Positions 48,429 to 60,500 of a stretch of DNA of 64,000 bases are shown piece by piece; the first letter of the stretch is position 1, and each line of letters starts with the position of its first letter. Origin of the DNA: a virus; IMG/VR virus record IMGVR_UViG_3300033485_000002, positions 32,001 through 96,000 of that record; one strand, written 5' to 3'. The notes below the pieces were generated by a model, which ran no database searches, was not told the DNA's origin, and saw nothing but the letters and a program-made list of their open reading frames with translations. A program made the position numbers and the translations under genes.

Positions 48429-49340
48429 GTGGCAAAACGAGGGGTGTCGAGAACTCGCAAGGACGATGGGCTGTCTCCGGCCCAGGCTAAGAAAGAGCGG
48501 GTGTTGAAGAAGTCCCGTCGTCGTAAGAATCTCCCTGCCTCTCAGCTTCGCACCGTGACAGACCCCACAACTGGGGCCATCACCGTCATGCAGGCGTATG
48601 ATGAATACCCCGACGAGTTTCGTTACATCGCCAAGATGTTGTATCTCACAGGGCAGGCAACGCCAGCCGAAATCTCACAGCGCATGGGCATACCACTAGG
48701 GACTGTTCGATCCTGGTCACAACGGGATAAGTGGACGGCTCTGCGTCGTAACGTTGCTCGTATCGCCAATAAGGACATGGTCAAAGCTGCTCGTAGGGCG
48801 ATGAGCAATTACATGAAGGACATCGACCGTGGGCTGAATACCATCTTGGAAACGCTTAATGCCAGGATGCTAGCCGTGCCTGCGGATAAACAGCTTGATA
48901 ATGAGGGCCAGATCGTTCGTTATCTGCTGGATGTCTGGAGGTTGAAAATCTCCCTTGTCCGTACACTGACTTATGGTGTGCATGGCAAGGCGTTCTTCCC
49001 ACACCCGAGTAACCTTACGTTTGACGATACTGCCGAAGAGCCAACGGCGATGTTGTTCGGCGAGCATGATATCGAGGAGCTGCTGCAAGTTATACCGGCG
49101 TATATGCAGCAGGCGGCCCGCTTGGTCATCGGGGTGGGGCCAGAAGATTTGAGTGAAGAGATGTTGGACGCGGTGCAGATGAGGCTGGACGAGGTGGAGG
49201 AGGAGCAGAAAGAGCGGGAGAAAGAGAGTAAGGAAGCTCGGGCGAAGCAGCGCCGTGAGCAACAAGGTATTGAAGAATGGCCGGAAGGATTAGACCCAGT
49301 CGAGGATGTCATGGACATCGAGGAGGATGATGACGAATGA
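48429..49340 (+). CDS. HTH protein, terminase small subunit-like
   Basis: LYLTG..TPAEISQRMGIPLGTVRSWSQRDKW resembles a TerS/gpP N-terminal HTH. Confidence 0.55.
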   Translation: MAKRGVSRTRKDDGLSPAQAKKERVLKKSRRRKNLPASQLRTVTDPTTGAITVMQAYDEYPDEFRYIAKMLYLTGQATPAEISQRMGIPLGTVRSWSQRDKWTALRRNVARIANKDMVKAARRAMSNYMKDIDRGLNTILETLNARMLAVPADKQLDNEGQIVRYLLDVWRLKISLVRTLTYGVHGKAFFPHPSNLTFDDTAEEPTAMLFGEHDIEELLQVIPAYMQQAARLVIGVGPEDLSEEMLDAVQMRLDEVEEEQKEREKESKEARAKQRREQQGIEEWPEGLDPVEDVMDIEEDDDE

Positions 49341-50044
49341 GCCGTCCACGAGATTTTAGAGACACGCGCAACCGAGGAGGACGAATTGTTCTTCCTAACG
49401 AAGCGAGGGTAGATGACATGGCCGCACGTAGGGTGGCGGAAGAGCAGGCGGTCGAGAGTAACCCGTTCTTTAAGCTGATTTCCAACGTCCGCAAGGAGCT
49501 GTTGGAGGAGATGGCACGGGTGGCTGAGCAGAATCGACAGCTTACCGTTCGATTGCACGCGCTGTTCGATTACTTGAACTCGATCGGTATTTTGGTGTGG
49601 CACGGCATGGATCAGCAGACCGGCAAGGTGAAGGCAGATGTTCCAACTAAGAGTGAGGACGCCACGCTGCCGGTGTTGAATCTGTTGGTGGATCAGGGTG
49701 CGCTTCCTAATCTTCCACAGCGTGGGTTTGACGCTTACATCGAAGAGCATCTGGCCACCACGGAGATGATCATCAAGCTCCATATCCTGCACGCCAAGCA
49801 GGATGTGCCAATGAAGGAAGTCATTCAAATGGCGCGGGAGTTCAACAACGCCCCTGGTCGCCTGCGTAAGATCAGCGGGGAGCAAATCCCGCTTATCAAG
49901 TATCTTACGGAGAATCCGGACCATCTGGCTGAAGAAGAGTTGGATGCTCTGGCAACTGAGTTCAATCTACGAAAAGAGGAGGAACAGCCAAATGTCGTGG
50001 GAGAGATTCGAGTTACCAGCAACGAGGGATCCAATGTTCACTAA
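49337..50044 (+). CDS. Hypothetical protein
   Basis: Coupled 235 aa ORF. Confidence 0.7.
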   Translation: MSRPRDFRDTRNRGGRIVLPNEARVDDMAARRVAEEQAVESNPFFKLISNVRKELLEEMARVAEQNRQLTVRLHALFDYLNSIGILVWHGMDQQTGKVKADVPTKSEDATLPVLNLLVDQGALPNLPQRGFDAYIEEHLATTEMIIKLHILHAKQDVPMKEVIQMAREFNNAPGRLRKISGEQIPLIKYLTENPDHLAEEELDALATEFNLRKEEEQPNVVGEIRVTSNEGSNVH

Positions 50045-50411
50045 GAAGGTGCGCCGCTACCGTAGGCAGCAGTGTTGTTTGCGTGCGATCATGAGTCAGC
50101 AGAACCTGAAGCCGATTGATCTTGCTGAGCAGTTGGAAGTTAGCACCAGTACGGTCTGGAATTGGATGCACGGCGTCACGGTCCCCGATGTCTTGATGGC
50201 CGATGATATCTGCCAACTGTTGAAGGTTAAGCTGGTGGATATCTACCCGAGGTGGGATGGTGCTGAGATTGTCGAGGTCGAGGCGGTCCAGCTTCCTCTT
50301 CCGGAAGAGGCGCTTGCTTCTACCACCAATGAAGAGGTGCCGATTACTCCTACTACTACCGTGGACGATGTGAAGGAGGAGCCATGTACGAACCCGGACA
50401 GCGTATCGTGA
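50034..50411 (+). CDS. XRE-family HTH regulator
   Basis: LKPIDLAEQLEVSTSTVWNWMHGVTVP. Confidence 0.8.
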   Translation: MFTKKVRRYRRQQCCLRAIMSQQNLKPIDLAEQLEVSTSTVWNWMHGVTVPDVLMADDICQLLKVKLVDIYPRWDGAEIVEVEAVQLPLPEEALASTTNEEVPITPTTTVDDVKEEPCTNPDSVS

Positions 50412-50566
50412 TTCGTAAGGATGACGGGACCGAGCAGATGGTGCTGGTCGAGGATGTCCTGGCTGATAACGGTGGACAGAAGCTGCGGGTCAAGGATGTG
50501 GAGACCGGCGTGTCCTCTGTGGTATCCCCGATGGAGACCACCATTGTGGAGCACCTGGAGGATTAG
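50384..50566 (+). CDS. Small beta-rich protein
   Basis: AAGGAGG RBS. Confidence 0.6.
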   Translation: MYEPGQRIVIRKDDGTEQMVLVEDVLADNGGQKLRVKDVETGVSSVVSPMETTIVEHLED

Positions 50567-50586
50567 TCGTTTAGTTGCTGCAACTT

Positions 50587-50623
50587 GTAGAAACCCTGGT
50601 CTATACCGGGGTTTTCTACTTTT
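50587..50623 (+). terminator. Intrinsic terminator
   Basis: GTAGAAACCCTGGT/ACCGGGGTTTTCTAC stem followed by T-tract. Confidence 0.75.
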
Positions 50624-50629
50624 AGGGGG

Positions 50630-50658
50630 TTGACAACCGGATCAGAATGTTGTATCTT
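50630..50658 (+). promoter_or_regulatory. Sigma70-type promoter
   Basis: TTGACA-17 nt-TATCTT. Confidence 0.75.
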
Positions 50659-50674
50659 TGCTATGAAATGATGG

Positions 50675-52381
50675 ATGTCAACCACCACAACCAAGGAGTC
50701 GAACATGGGGACCAAGGTTCGAAGAATCCTATTTGAGGGGCACTTGCTCTTTAGCGTGCCTGATATGACCGAGTACCTAGAGATGGGGGACTTCCGACGC
50801 AAGATGGACAAGGTGGGGCTGATGCCTCTTACCCTGCCTTTGCCCAAGGAACTGAGGACGCAGGCGGGACAGCCCCTTCAGCATGATTGGATGACCTGGG
50901 ACGATGTCTACAAAATGGACCAACGCTTCAAGTGGAGCGGCAGTGAGATCGGCAAGAAGCTGGCGATGGTCCGCATGTGGTCCAGAAACAAGGATGGAGA
51001 TGCGTATCGCCTCACTATGGGGGGCGATATGGTGTTAGTGGAGCAGCGGCCCAAGGTGTTGAAGGATGTTGGGGAGTTCATCGAAACGGTGGTAGATCTG
51101 GAGGTAGCGGACGTGCGTCAGAACAAGGCAAGGGCGAAGGCGAAGCATGAGCAGGATAAGGTAGCAGTGCAACAGTTCCACGATAAGGTCGCCATGCAGA
51201 AGGCAGCCCAGAAGCAGAGCATGGTGCAGGCTATGCGGACGGATAGCCAGCAGGTGGACGAGCACCTCACCCAGGCCAAGCTTGATCTTGGGCAGTTGAT
51301 GGTGGATCTTGATTACATGCCGAAGGTGGATATGTTCGATCATCCGGTGCGGGTGGTGGCGATGGTGATGATCGAGGGAGTGGAGATGCCTCTGCTGCTG
51401 CAACAGGATTTTTGTTTGGCAGTGGGTATCCACCCTACTTCGTCCATGCTCAGTTCGGTACCGGAGACGGATCGTGGCTTTGTGAGTACGACAGGGGAAC
51501 GGAATGCTGGCCCCGCGATGCGGACGATGTGTTGGATCTCACTCCGTGCGGGAGTGGATCTTCTGCGGCGTTCGAATAAGACTAAAGCGCGGGAACTGGC
51601 ACAGCAACTCAATACGGTGGACTGGAGAGTCATCATGACGGGCAAGTATGAACCGAAGGGGATGGGCATTGTCCCGATGCAAGAGCAACAGGCGTTGACG
51701 GTGTCCTCGGATGTCAATTTGGACCTGATGGCAATTGTCGAGAACGTGCAGGTCGAGTCGATCAAGGAACGGCGTGAGATGCGGGCGCAGATGGAGAAGC
51801 TGATCCTTGGTGAGCAGGCCAACACGCAGACGATTGTGCAGGAACTGGCTGGTGTTATCAAGCATATCACCAACAAGTTCGACATGATGTTCCAGGTGGA
51901 TACCACGCAGCAGCCGAAGGTGAACGTGGTGAACTACGAGCCGGAGGTGGTGAAACCCGAGGTTACCCCCGAGGATAACCCGGTCCCAGTCACCACCGAG
52001 CCTGCTGAACCGAAGAAGCGGCGAGTGCGTAAGGGTGGCCCTTTCGTTCCTCAGATCCCGAAGCGTGACCCGCTTCCCGGCCAGCCCAAGATCATCGGGC
52101 AGGATGAGCGTACGCTCAGGTTTGTGCGGGAGAAGGTGGGCAAGGGCTACGACACTACCAAGATGTTCTTGAACAAGCGGGGTAAGCGCACCGACAAGTA
52201 TCAGCTTTCACTGGCACAGCGTGCGAGGGGTGAGCTTGAGCGGCAGGGTAGGCTGCATGAGCTGTACAGCGTCCCTAGCCCGAAGCCGACCAGGGGGCCG
52301 AACCCGAACACCAGCAACGAGAATGCCTATCCTGTTGATGTGTTGGAAAAGGCTTATGCTACTATGGAGTTCGAGGAGTAG
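50675..52381 (+). CDS. Antirepressor-like protein with a degenerate Bro-N domain
   Basis: PVRVV...DFCLAVG...ISLRAGVDLLRRSNKTKAREL; C-terminal NAYPVDVL. Confidence 0.6.
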   Translation: MSTTTTKESNMGTKVRRILFEGHLLFSVPDMTEYLEMGDFRRKMDKVGLMPLTLPLPKELRTQAGQPLQHDWMTWDDVYKMDQRFKWSGSEIGKKLAMVRMWSRNKDGDAYRLTMGGDMVLVEQRPKVLKDVGEFIETVVDLEVADVRQNKARAKAKHEQDKVAVQQFHDKVAMQKAAQKQSMVQAMRTDSQQVDEHLTQAKLDLGQLMVDLDYMPKVDMFDHPVRVVAMVMIEGVEMPLLLQQDFCLAVGIHPTSSMLSSVPETDRGFVSTTGERNAGPAMRTMCWISLRAGVDLLRRSNKTKARELAQQLNTVDWRVIMTGKYEPKGMGIVPMQEQQALTVSSDVNLDLMAIVENVQVESIKERREMRAQMEKLILGEQANTQTIVQELAGVIKHITNKFDMMFQVDTTQQPKVNVVNYEPEVVKPEVTPEDNPVPVTTEPAEPKKRRVRKGGPFVPQIPKRDPLPGQPKIIGQDERTLRFVREKVGKGYDTTKMFLNKRGKRTDKYQLSLAQRARGELERQGRLHELYSVPSPKPTRGPNPNTSNENAYPVDVLEKAYATMEFEE

Positions 52382-52383
52382 GC

Positions 52384-54401
52384 ATGCCACGGCGTAATGT
52401 TTATCGTGATCTGTTGATCCGTATCCTGCAACAGACCAGGGCGGGTGCAATTGATTATGATGAAGTACCCAAGGAGCTACTCTCCGAGGCCGCAGAGTTG
52501 TGCGATTTTGACATTGACTCATTGCCCCCCATCATCCTGGGGGCAGATCTATCATCGTTGGGTGCCAAGTGGCATAAGGAAGGTGACGAATGACTGAAAG
52601 AGAGTACCCCAAGACGCCGGAGTTGGACAAGATGCAAGCGTGCAGGGAGGGGGCGCAGACCATCGGGGAGTTCATCGAGTGGCTCCGTGAGGAGCAGAAG
52701 GTGGGCTTTTTCAAGGTGGCGCAAACGGAAGAGGAGGGGGCAGTCCACCTGAGCTACACCCCGTTCTGTGAGGATATCAACGTCCTGCTTGCCAACTTCT
52801 ACAACATCAGCTTGGAAAAGGTTGAGGCGGAACGACAGGAAATCCTTGAGTACATCAGGACTAAGCACGGGGATAAGCCTGCACCTGGGTTCTCCTTGAA
52901 GGCTGAGGGTGAAGAGCTGGGGGATGTGAATGTCTGACAGAGCGGATAGGCGGGGCTGGCACATCTATGCCAGATTGGTGTGCGAGCATCAGCAGTTTAA
53001 CGACTGTGCGAGGCCACAATGGGTGAGGGTGTTGGTGATGTGGCACCCGGTGTTGGGCAAGCTGATATCCGCAAGTGCGGTGTTGCGTTGGGTGCATTGG
53101 GCGTTCCCGGTCCTCATTGGTGGTAGGGCATTGATGTGCGCCAACTGCCACCGGGTGGCGTACCAGAGCAGACTGTCGGAGTGGATCGCTCGTTTCGTAG
53201 CGTTCGTTACGTGTATGGGTGAGGATACCTCTGACGCCATCCTCATGATCGATGAGGATCTGAAACACCTGTCGGAGCGGACGCTGGCTGAGCTTAACCC
53301 TGAAGATATTTAGCTTGACACGCACTACATTTGTGGTGTAATGGTAGATGGGATCAGCTAATTCGAGGGAGCAGAGCAATGAAGATCAAGGAGATCACCA
53401 TTGGTGGTAGCTACACCTACCAACCCGCTGCGTACCACAGCGCGAGGGCAGAGGCTACTTTCACGGTGGAGCTTGATGACGACGAAGATCCGGATGCAGC
53501 TCAGGATGAACTGAGGCAGCAGATCGTGAACTCTATTGTTCACACGCTAGCGGGTGTGGACGAGGTCCACAATCAGGTGTTCAAGAAGGGCATGAACCCG
53601 AAGGACTTGATCAAAGAGTCCAACGAGGGGGATATGTTCGAGGACGAGGAATGGAACCCATAGACCCCACCAAGCTCAAGCTGGCTGGCGTCAAGGTATG
53701 GGGCGTTATAGCTGAAGGACAATCTTTCGGGCTACGCATCGAAGAGCTTGTGGGTGACGGGCATAAGGTGTTGGCAGTATCAGCGGGTAGAGAAATAGAA
53801 GATGGCTCGTATGAGAGCCTGGACAACCCATCCAAGGAATTCATGATGGGCTTGCTGACTCATATCCTGTACTTCAATTTTGAACCCATGATGACGTTGA
53901 GTGGAGATGCGTTGGCAGCACTTGAAGCGGAGGAAGAAGATAATCTACCACGACAGTAGAAAGGGGACATGAGCATGACGATCTATCTGGACGAGCAGCA
54001 GGAGTACTTCGACGGTGGACAAGGAACGATGGTGCCATCCCCGATGAAAGAGACGCTGAAGACTTATGGCAGGGGATTGGCAGCAGCGGTGGCAGCAGCA
54101 ACCGTCGCGTACACCATCAAGTTTCTGAGTGATGGCTTCATGGCCGACGAGCTTACAGTCTACTACGACGAAGAACCGGATTGAGAGGTAATGCGGGATG
54201 GCTTTCTTGAGCAACTGGCAAATGCGGATCTTCCTTGACGATGAGGAAGAGGTGTCACCTTCCACGCCTACTCCCTCAGCACCCCGTCACACTGGCACCA
54301 GGGGGAAAAGCAGATCCAGTGGAAGGCCATCCCGCCGTTTTCTCACCTCGAAGATCAAGATACTAGAGGATACGGATATGCCCAATGAGGAATCTAAATA
54401 G
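52384..54401 (+). other. Small hypothetical CDSs: 52384-52593, 52590-52937, 52930-53313, 53379-53663, 53651-53959, 53969-54184, 54198-54401
   Basis: Packed ORFs with SD motifs. Confidence 0.6.
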
Positions 54402-54516
54402 CAACCCCTGGTCCCGTCAACCATTACCGAGGTTAGGCAGTACCACTGTCTCTGCACATACCTACCTCACATCTCACGCAAATAACAGCCCATCCCACAT
54501 CCACCAGGGGTTGCTA
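54399..54516. repeat. 14-bp perfect inverted repeat enclosing a 90-nt C/A-rich segment (candidate ncRNA)
   Basis: TAGCAACCCCTGGT (54399-54412) pairs with ACCAGGGGTTGCTA (54503-54516). Confidence 0.7.
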
Positions 54517-54538
54517 ATTCTTCATAAGAACAGGGAGT

Positions 54539-57500
54539 ATGCAATTTATGCCTGAATTACACGCCAAGTTCATAGTCTGGAAAAACAGGATAACAGCGAA
54601 GCTTATCCAAGAGGATAGGTTTGTGTTGATGCCTATTCTGTCTACTCCTCAAGTGATTGATAACAATAGGGTTAGCTGGGCAGCTCATAAACCTGCCTCC
54701 GGAAGTCACTGTATCAACTGCACTTACTACGTAGTGGCAGTAGAGGAAGAGCCAAGTCTTAAGGACGGGGATGACAACCCGTTGCACACAGCCCCCCCAC
54801 AAGTGAATGGGAGCTGTATCTACTTGATGCCCGAGTACCTGATCACCAACGTCAAGGTGACCCAAGGGTGTGAGCTACATGAGAAGCGACCTGATGAGTT
54901 CGTGGACGACGCAATCGAGGACAAGCTGAAGGTGTGGTAACAAAGTGAACGCGAGAGCAATCAAGAAGCGGATGTTGAAGAATGCCAAGAGGGTGTTCTG
55001 GGGTAGGAGGGCATTCATAGGTCTGAGGTTCCCCCTGGACACCGTACTGCCCCCTAAGCCACCAGATATACAGGTGCCGGATGGGTTCATACCTGATGAT
55101 TGCTTCCCCGGTATCTGGCACCGTAAGAACCAGGATGGCAGTGAGGATTACCTGACTATCCACCATCCTTCGTGTAGCCAACCACCAGACCCGGAAGAGG
55201 GGAGGAGCTATTACCACATGGAGCGTAACAGGTGGGATAGCGCCTACCAATGGTGGGAGGTGTACCAGTCGAGGTCAGTGATTGGTTGTGAGGTAGCGGT
55301 ACAGGTGCCGGTGGACCCCAGCTTGGCAGAGACAATGGCGGGGCAGGCACGTGACCTGGATAGGTGGAGAGACCTGATCATCTTCGGGGATGACGATAAC
55401 ACCTATCCGCTGGTGTGGACCCTCATGGCACCGGAGTGGGCAGCTAAGACTGGCTACCTGTATAAGGACGACACTCACTACTATTGGATCTGGTCGGTGA
55501 AGTACTTCTATGCCTACTTCCTGCGTAGGTTCGTGACCTTGTTCAAGCACAGCTACCTGGAGCTGAAGAAGCAGGGAGTGGACGTTAAGGTGGTGGATAG
55601 CGAGCCAAAGGGCGCTCTCTACCTGTTCTAGGGGGCAGTGATGGCTCATGCGAACACAGATGTGTTGAACTCCTATCAGGTGAACACGCTGCTTGAGGCG
55701 CTGTTGGATCTGGTCCAAAACGGGGATGACATCTTCATTCAGCAACAGGAACGGACTGCCCAGTTAAACGAGGATTTGCTTGCTTGTAGAATGCTTATCG
55801 AGCAGCAGCAGAAGCAGATCGAGATGCTGATTAAACGGGTGGATAGCCTGGAAGTACCGGACATGCTCTGATGAAAGCCGTAAAGAAGCCAGCCACGAAG
55901 CGTACACCTAAGTCTGAGGATTACAGACTTACTACGGAGATATCACCGGAGCTGTCAGCATTATCAGAGCCGGAATTGGATGAGCCGTTCCTTCGCGAGT
56001 TGTTAAAGGAAGCTGTAACCTTCAACAACACTCTGCCTGCCCCTGGTACCTATCACGCAAGCACTGACCCACAGATAGATGGGCCAGTGTTGAAGAAGTG
56101 GGTGCAACTGATACAGCAGCAGCAACAGGCAGAGGCCGAGAAGTCGGCAGCAGTCAATGTGGCCGTGACCCGGTCAGAGGCAGAGCGGCTCATCTTTCAG
56201 CAGATCAACGAGCTACGGTCGGACATGAAAGACGTGCTCCGTTGTCTGATGAAGGTTGAGAACCTCGTACAGTCGATGTTGGATAAGAGCCAGCCTATCG
56301 GGGAGCTGGTTACAGGGCTGAATAAGCTGGTAGACCGCATGGACGATCTTGACCATCGTGTGAAGTCAATCGAAGTACCGGACATGCTCTAAGAAAGGGG
56401 ATGAGCAAATGGCAACCAAGCGAGTGACGAAGCAAGTGGATAAGAATGTCATTGATACGATTGATCCTGACGTGCATTGCACGGTGAGCGTGGAGATCAC
56501 CATAGAGGATCTGTTGAAGCTGCTGGCCCCCAAGTACCCGATTCTGGATGTTATTGTCCAGGAGGCGAGGAAGGGGGCGGTGCTTGGTGTAGACAACTGT
56601 GACACCGAGTATGGCACCCTGTTGCTCGACATCAGCGTGGAGGATTAAGATGGCCAAGAAGAAGAACACCCGGTTGCTTATCAACGATGACATCTACAAC
56701 CCGGCTGACGGTAAAGGGTATCGCTTGCAGATCACGAGGCTCGATGATGAGGGTACGCGGCTGGACTATGCGCTGTATGTGCAGCACGAGGACTCGTTCG
56801 GCACCGAGTACTGGGAAAAGATCGATGAAACGGCTGACTATGAGGATTTTCCAACTACTCTCGTCCGGGTGTTGAGCTATCTCCTGTTTGAGAGCCGAGG
56901 CATCAACCTGGGCATGGGTGACTTGGAGAAGTGATGAAGAACAACAAAGTGGTTGATGAAACTTGGGACCGGGTATTGGATGACTTCGAGGTGTGGTACG
57001 AGAAGGAGAGCCAATCGAAGTACTGTGCGGTGTGCGAGAACACGGAGTATCCCCACCCTGAGTGGGAGGATCAACTGGACCAGTTGTTCAAGCTGGTGAA
57101 GAAGCACTTCATCCTCACTCCGAAAGGTAAGAAGTAGATGTTCACCCTTGATGCTATGGATGGCCGGGAAAAGTATGACACCATCGTGTCTACTATCAAG
57201 CAGCGTAAGCGACAGATCGAGATCGAGGTGGACGAATGGCTCACCCACATCGACTCGGAGGACATCAGTAGGATCGCGCAGCGTCTGGAGTTCAGCACCG
57301 AGGTGGTGCGTGCGGCAGCTTATGGGCAGGTATACACCCAGGTACTGAAAGGGCTGGAAGAGAACGATGAGAAGCCGAAGTACACCTGGGATCTCAGGGT
57401 GCCGCACGTATTCCAGTATGCGCTGCAAGAGGTGTTGAGCAGGTCGCAGAATCCGAGGTTCTCGACCAGCCCGATGGGTAACCTCATCCACCAGTTCACT

Positions 57501-60500
57501 TTGTCCGCATGGGCTGATGTGGTAACCCTTATCGATGATGTGTGCCACGTTATCTACAAAGGAGCGAAGAAGTAATGGCGACCAAGAAGGAAGTTTCGGT
57601 TAAGCCCACGGGTATCACCATCACCCACTCCATGATCGTGGAGATCACGTTGGACGAGCTGGTGGACATCCTAGCGCAGCGGGATCCAGCGATCAAGACA
57701 CTACTTGATAATGACAAGCATTTCGAGGTAAATGATGTGACCGCTGATCTGGGTGCCATTCAGATCGACCTGTTGGTGGTTGACTAGGAGATTCTTGATG
57801 ATGTGGTGGAAGAAGCTCAAAGTCCGCTTTGAGTGCTGGCGTTGGGGCCACGATTGGTGGTACAGCCGGGACTACGATCGAACGTATCGTAACATCGGCA
57901 TGTTCTACATAAATCGTACGTGTCACACCTGTGGTCGGCGTGAGGTGGGGATGCCCAAGCTGGGCGAGACCGCCTATCAGGATGTATATGGAGACCCTGA
58001 CCGCAGCAAGTTCTTCTGGGTGAAGGAGTCAATAAAGTGAGCGATATGGTGAATGCGTTCTTTGCCAGCCAAGTAGGCTCACTCATCGTGGGCATACTGC
58101 TCGGTATTGCGACCTATCGGTTCATCAAGCTGTGGCGGCGGTGGAGGGTACGGGATGACTGAGTGGGTGCTGAAAGAATGTCCAGGTTGTGGCCGTAAAC
58201 AACCCCCTTTTCTCTATGACGAGGGGGTTGAGTTGTGTATGGGGTGCGCGGATAAGGGCACCACCTATACCGACAAGATGCGGAAGCCAAAATTGGCAAA
58301 AAAGAAGTTGACACTCGAAAGCAAGGACACTATCATTGATTCCGTGAAGAAGCGGAAGTACACCAAGCGAACCAAAGTGCTTGAGGTGGGGGAGCTTGAC
58401 CAGACTGCATTGACTCGTTCGCGGATGATGAAGGAGCTGGACGATGAGTGATGCTGGATGGGTGGTACAGATAATGACCAGCATTAACGGCGGCAATGGG
58501 CAGTGGGTGACTATCTGGAATACTGCAAACTGCCACCGGACTGGTGCGATTGCCGAATGGGACAGGTTGTATGGGGCTTATGACGGTGAATGGGAGTATT
58601 GCCGCAAGAGAAAGCTCTTGCGCTGCGTGCGGTGTGAGGTGAAGCCATGAGTGAGCTTACAGAGCGGCTTATCTCCTGGGCGCAGAACGAGGAGATGATC
58701 GACCAGTACTACACGGACCACGGTAAGGATTGTATGGATGCGGTTGATCAGCTTGAGCGGATGCAAGCGCTGCTCCATGAGGTCGCGTGTTGCGGCGTTG
58801 AGTTTGAAGACGAGCGAGTCAGGTACGTGACCATCCAGATTGACAAAGAAACGCTCGACGCCATCCGTGCTCTGGACGGTGTTGATGTTTCAAACTTGTA
58901 ACATCTACCAGGATTCGGAGATCAATAGCCATGTTTCACGGGTCAACGGATAAGCAGACTACGTGGTGTGGTGAGAGCGTCCACTATGTCAGTGGGTGGC
59001 AGGAAGACGCGAACTACGTGGAGTGCATCGAGTGTCTGAGGGCGAAACTTCATGCCCAGCAGCAAGTGGTGGACGAGGTGTTGCGGGTGATCAGAGAGGA
59101 AGTCTACGGTTTGCAGGATCTGCGGAACGCGCTGCGTGAGGGCGGGTTTCTGGAGGTGAAGCATGAGTAGTTTTAAAACTGCTTGGGTTAAGGCTTGTAA
59201 GGGTTATGAGCCACCGGATCTAGAGGCTGAGATCGCCCGCCTCACCGTAGAGAACAAGCGCCTGCTAGCGGTGGTAGACGTAGCGGTGGAGGCTGTTGAG
59301 AACTGGAAGTACGAAGATGACATGGCTGCTTGGGAGAGCATGAAGAAACTGCATGACATCCTCCGCACCATTGGACGTGGGGTGTATCGTGAGTGACCGG
59401 AGCCAATGATGGACACCTTTCAAATCGTTGTGCTGTTTATCTTCCTCCTCGGCTTTGCTTTTGTGGGTGGCATATGGGTAGAGCGGCACACCACGGAGTT
59501 CAATATTTATCGTAGTTTATCGCGTCCTGATAGGCCGTGTCCGACGTGTGGGAGGAAAAATACTCGCCATGAGTGACTGGACTCGCGATGAGATCGTGTC
59601 GGTGTTGAAGGTGGGCCATGAGGCCGAGATCAAAGAGGCCGACGAGTGGCGACCATTGGCGCAGCACGTATTGGACCTGTTGAAGCTGCACGACAGGAAG
59701 TACGAGAAGCTGGTGGCAGTGGCCCACAATGCCAGCCAGAATGTAGGTATCTGGGCGGATAAGCTGGACCGTGCTCTCAAGGAGCTGGAAGGCAAAGACC
59801 CAAGGGTGTGCCCGAAGTGTCAAAGCCAGCCACCACCGTATACGCTGCCGGATCTGTGGCCGGTGAGAGTCATCCCGGTCACCTGTACGGGTTGTGGAAA
59901 GACGTGGGTGTGGGAGGGTCAACGATGGGAGGGGAACTATGACGCAGAATAACGACTATGTGGTGCAGCTCCAGAAGCTGCTCGCTGCCATCGACTGGTT
60001 GCTCCAGTCGCCGACCAACAAGGACGGGGCTATCCCTGGGGATAGCAAGGCATTTAGAAATCTCATCGAAGTGACTGATAAGGTCACGAAGTTCCTGGTG
60101 GGTAAGTCATGAGTAAGGCGTTCTTTGAGGGCTTGGTAGGGAGCACGATGCTGGCGCTTCAGAAGCAGAATGACGCCTTGAAAGTGGAACTTGCCGCAGT
60201 GGTCAAGGAGCGGGATTTAGTCAAGTCGCAGTATGCGCGGGCGATGGAGCTGGGCCAGCAGTCGATGCGGGTGATGGACGCAGCCTGCCGCACCATTGAC
60301 GCCCATAAGAAGGCCCTGGGAGCGATTGCGGAGATCTACCCCATCAGGGCCACCCCTAGCTTGACCAGCGTGTTGGAGGGGCTGCTGGACCAGGAAGAAT
60401 GCGAACTGTGCGAGGGCAAGGGCAGGGTGCCAGCGTCGATGCACGCGGAGTCCATCATGTCGCCCACCTATGACGGTAGGAACTGCGAGTGTCCACTGTG

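Noticed and set aside
54399-54516. Retron msr-msd or a second GGY-NN array on the minus strand
   Set aside because: No reverse transcriptase in the window and no 5-nt periodicity on either strand.
2173-54900. Other CTGATGAG hammerhead-like cores (about 2173, 9786, 54892)
   Set aside because: They lie inside coding regions, and I could not find matching GAAA and stems.
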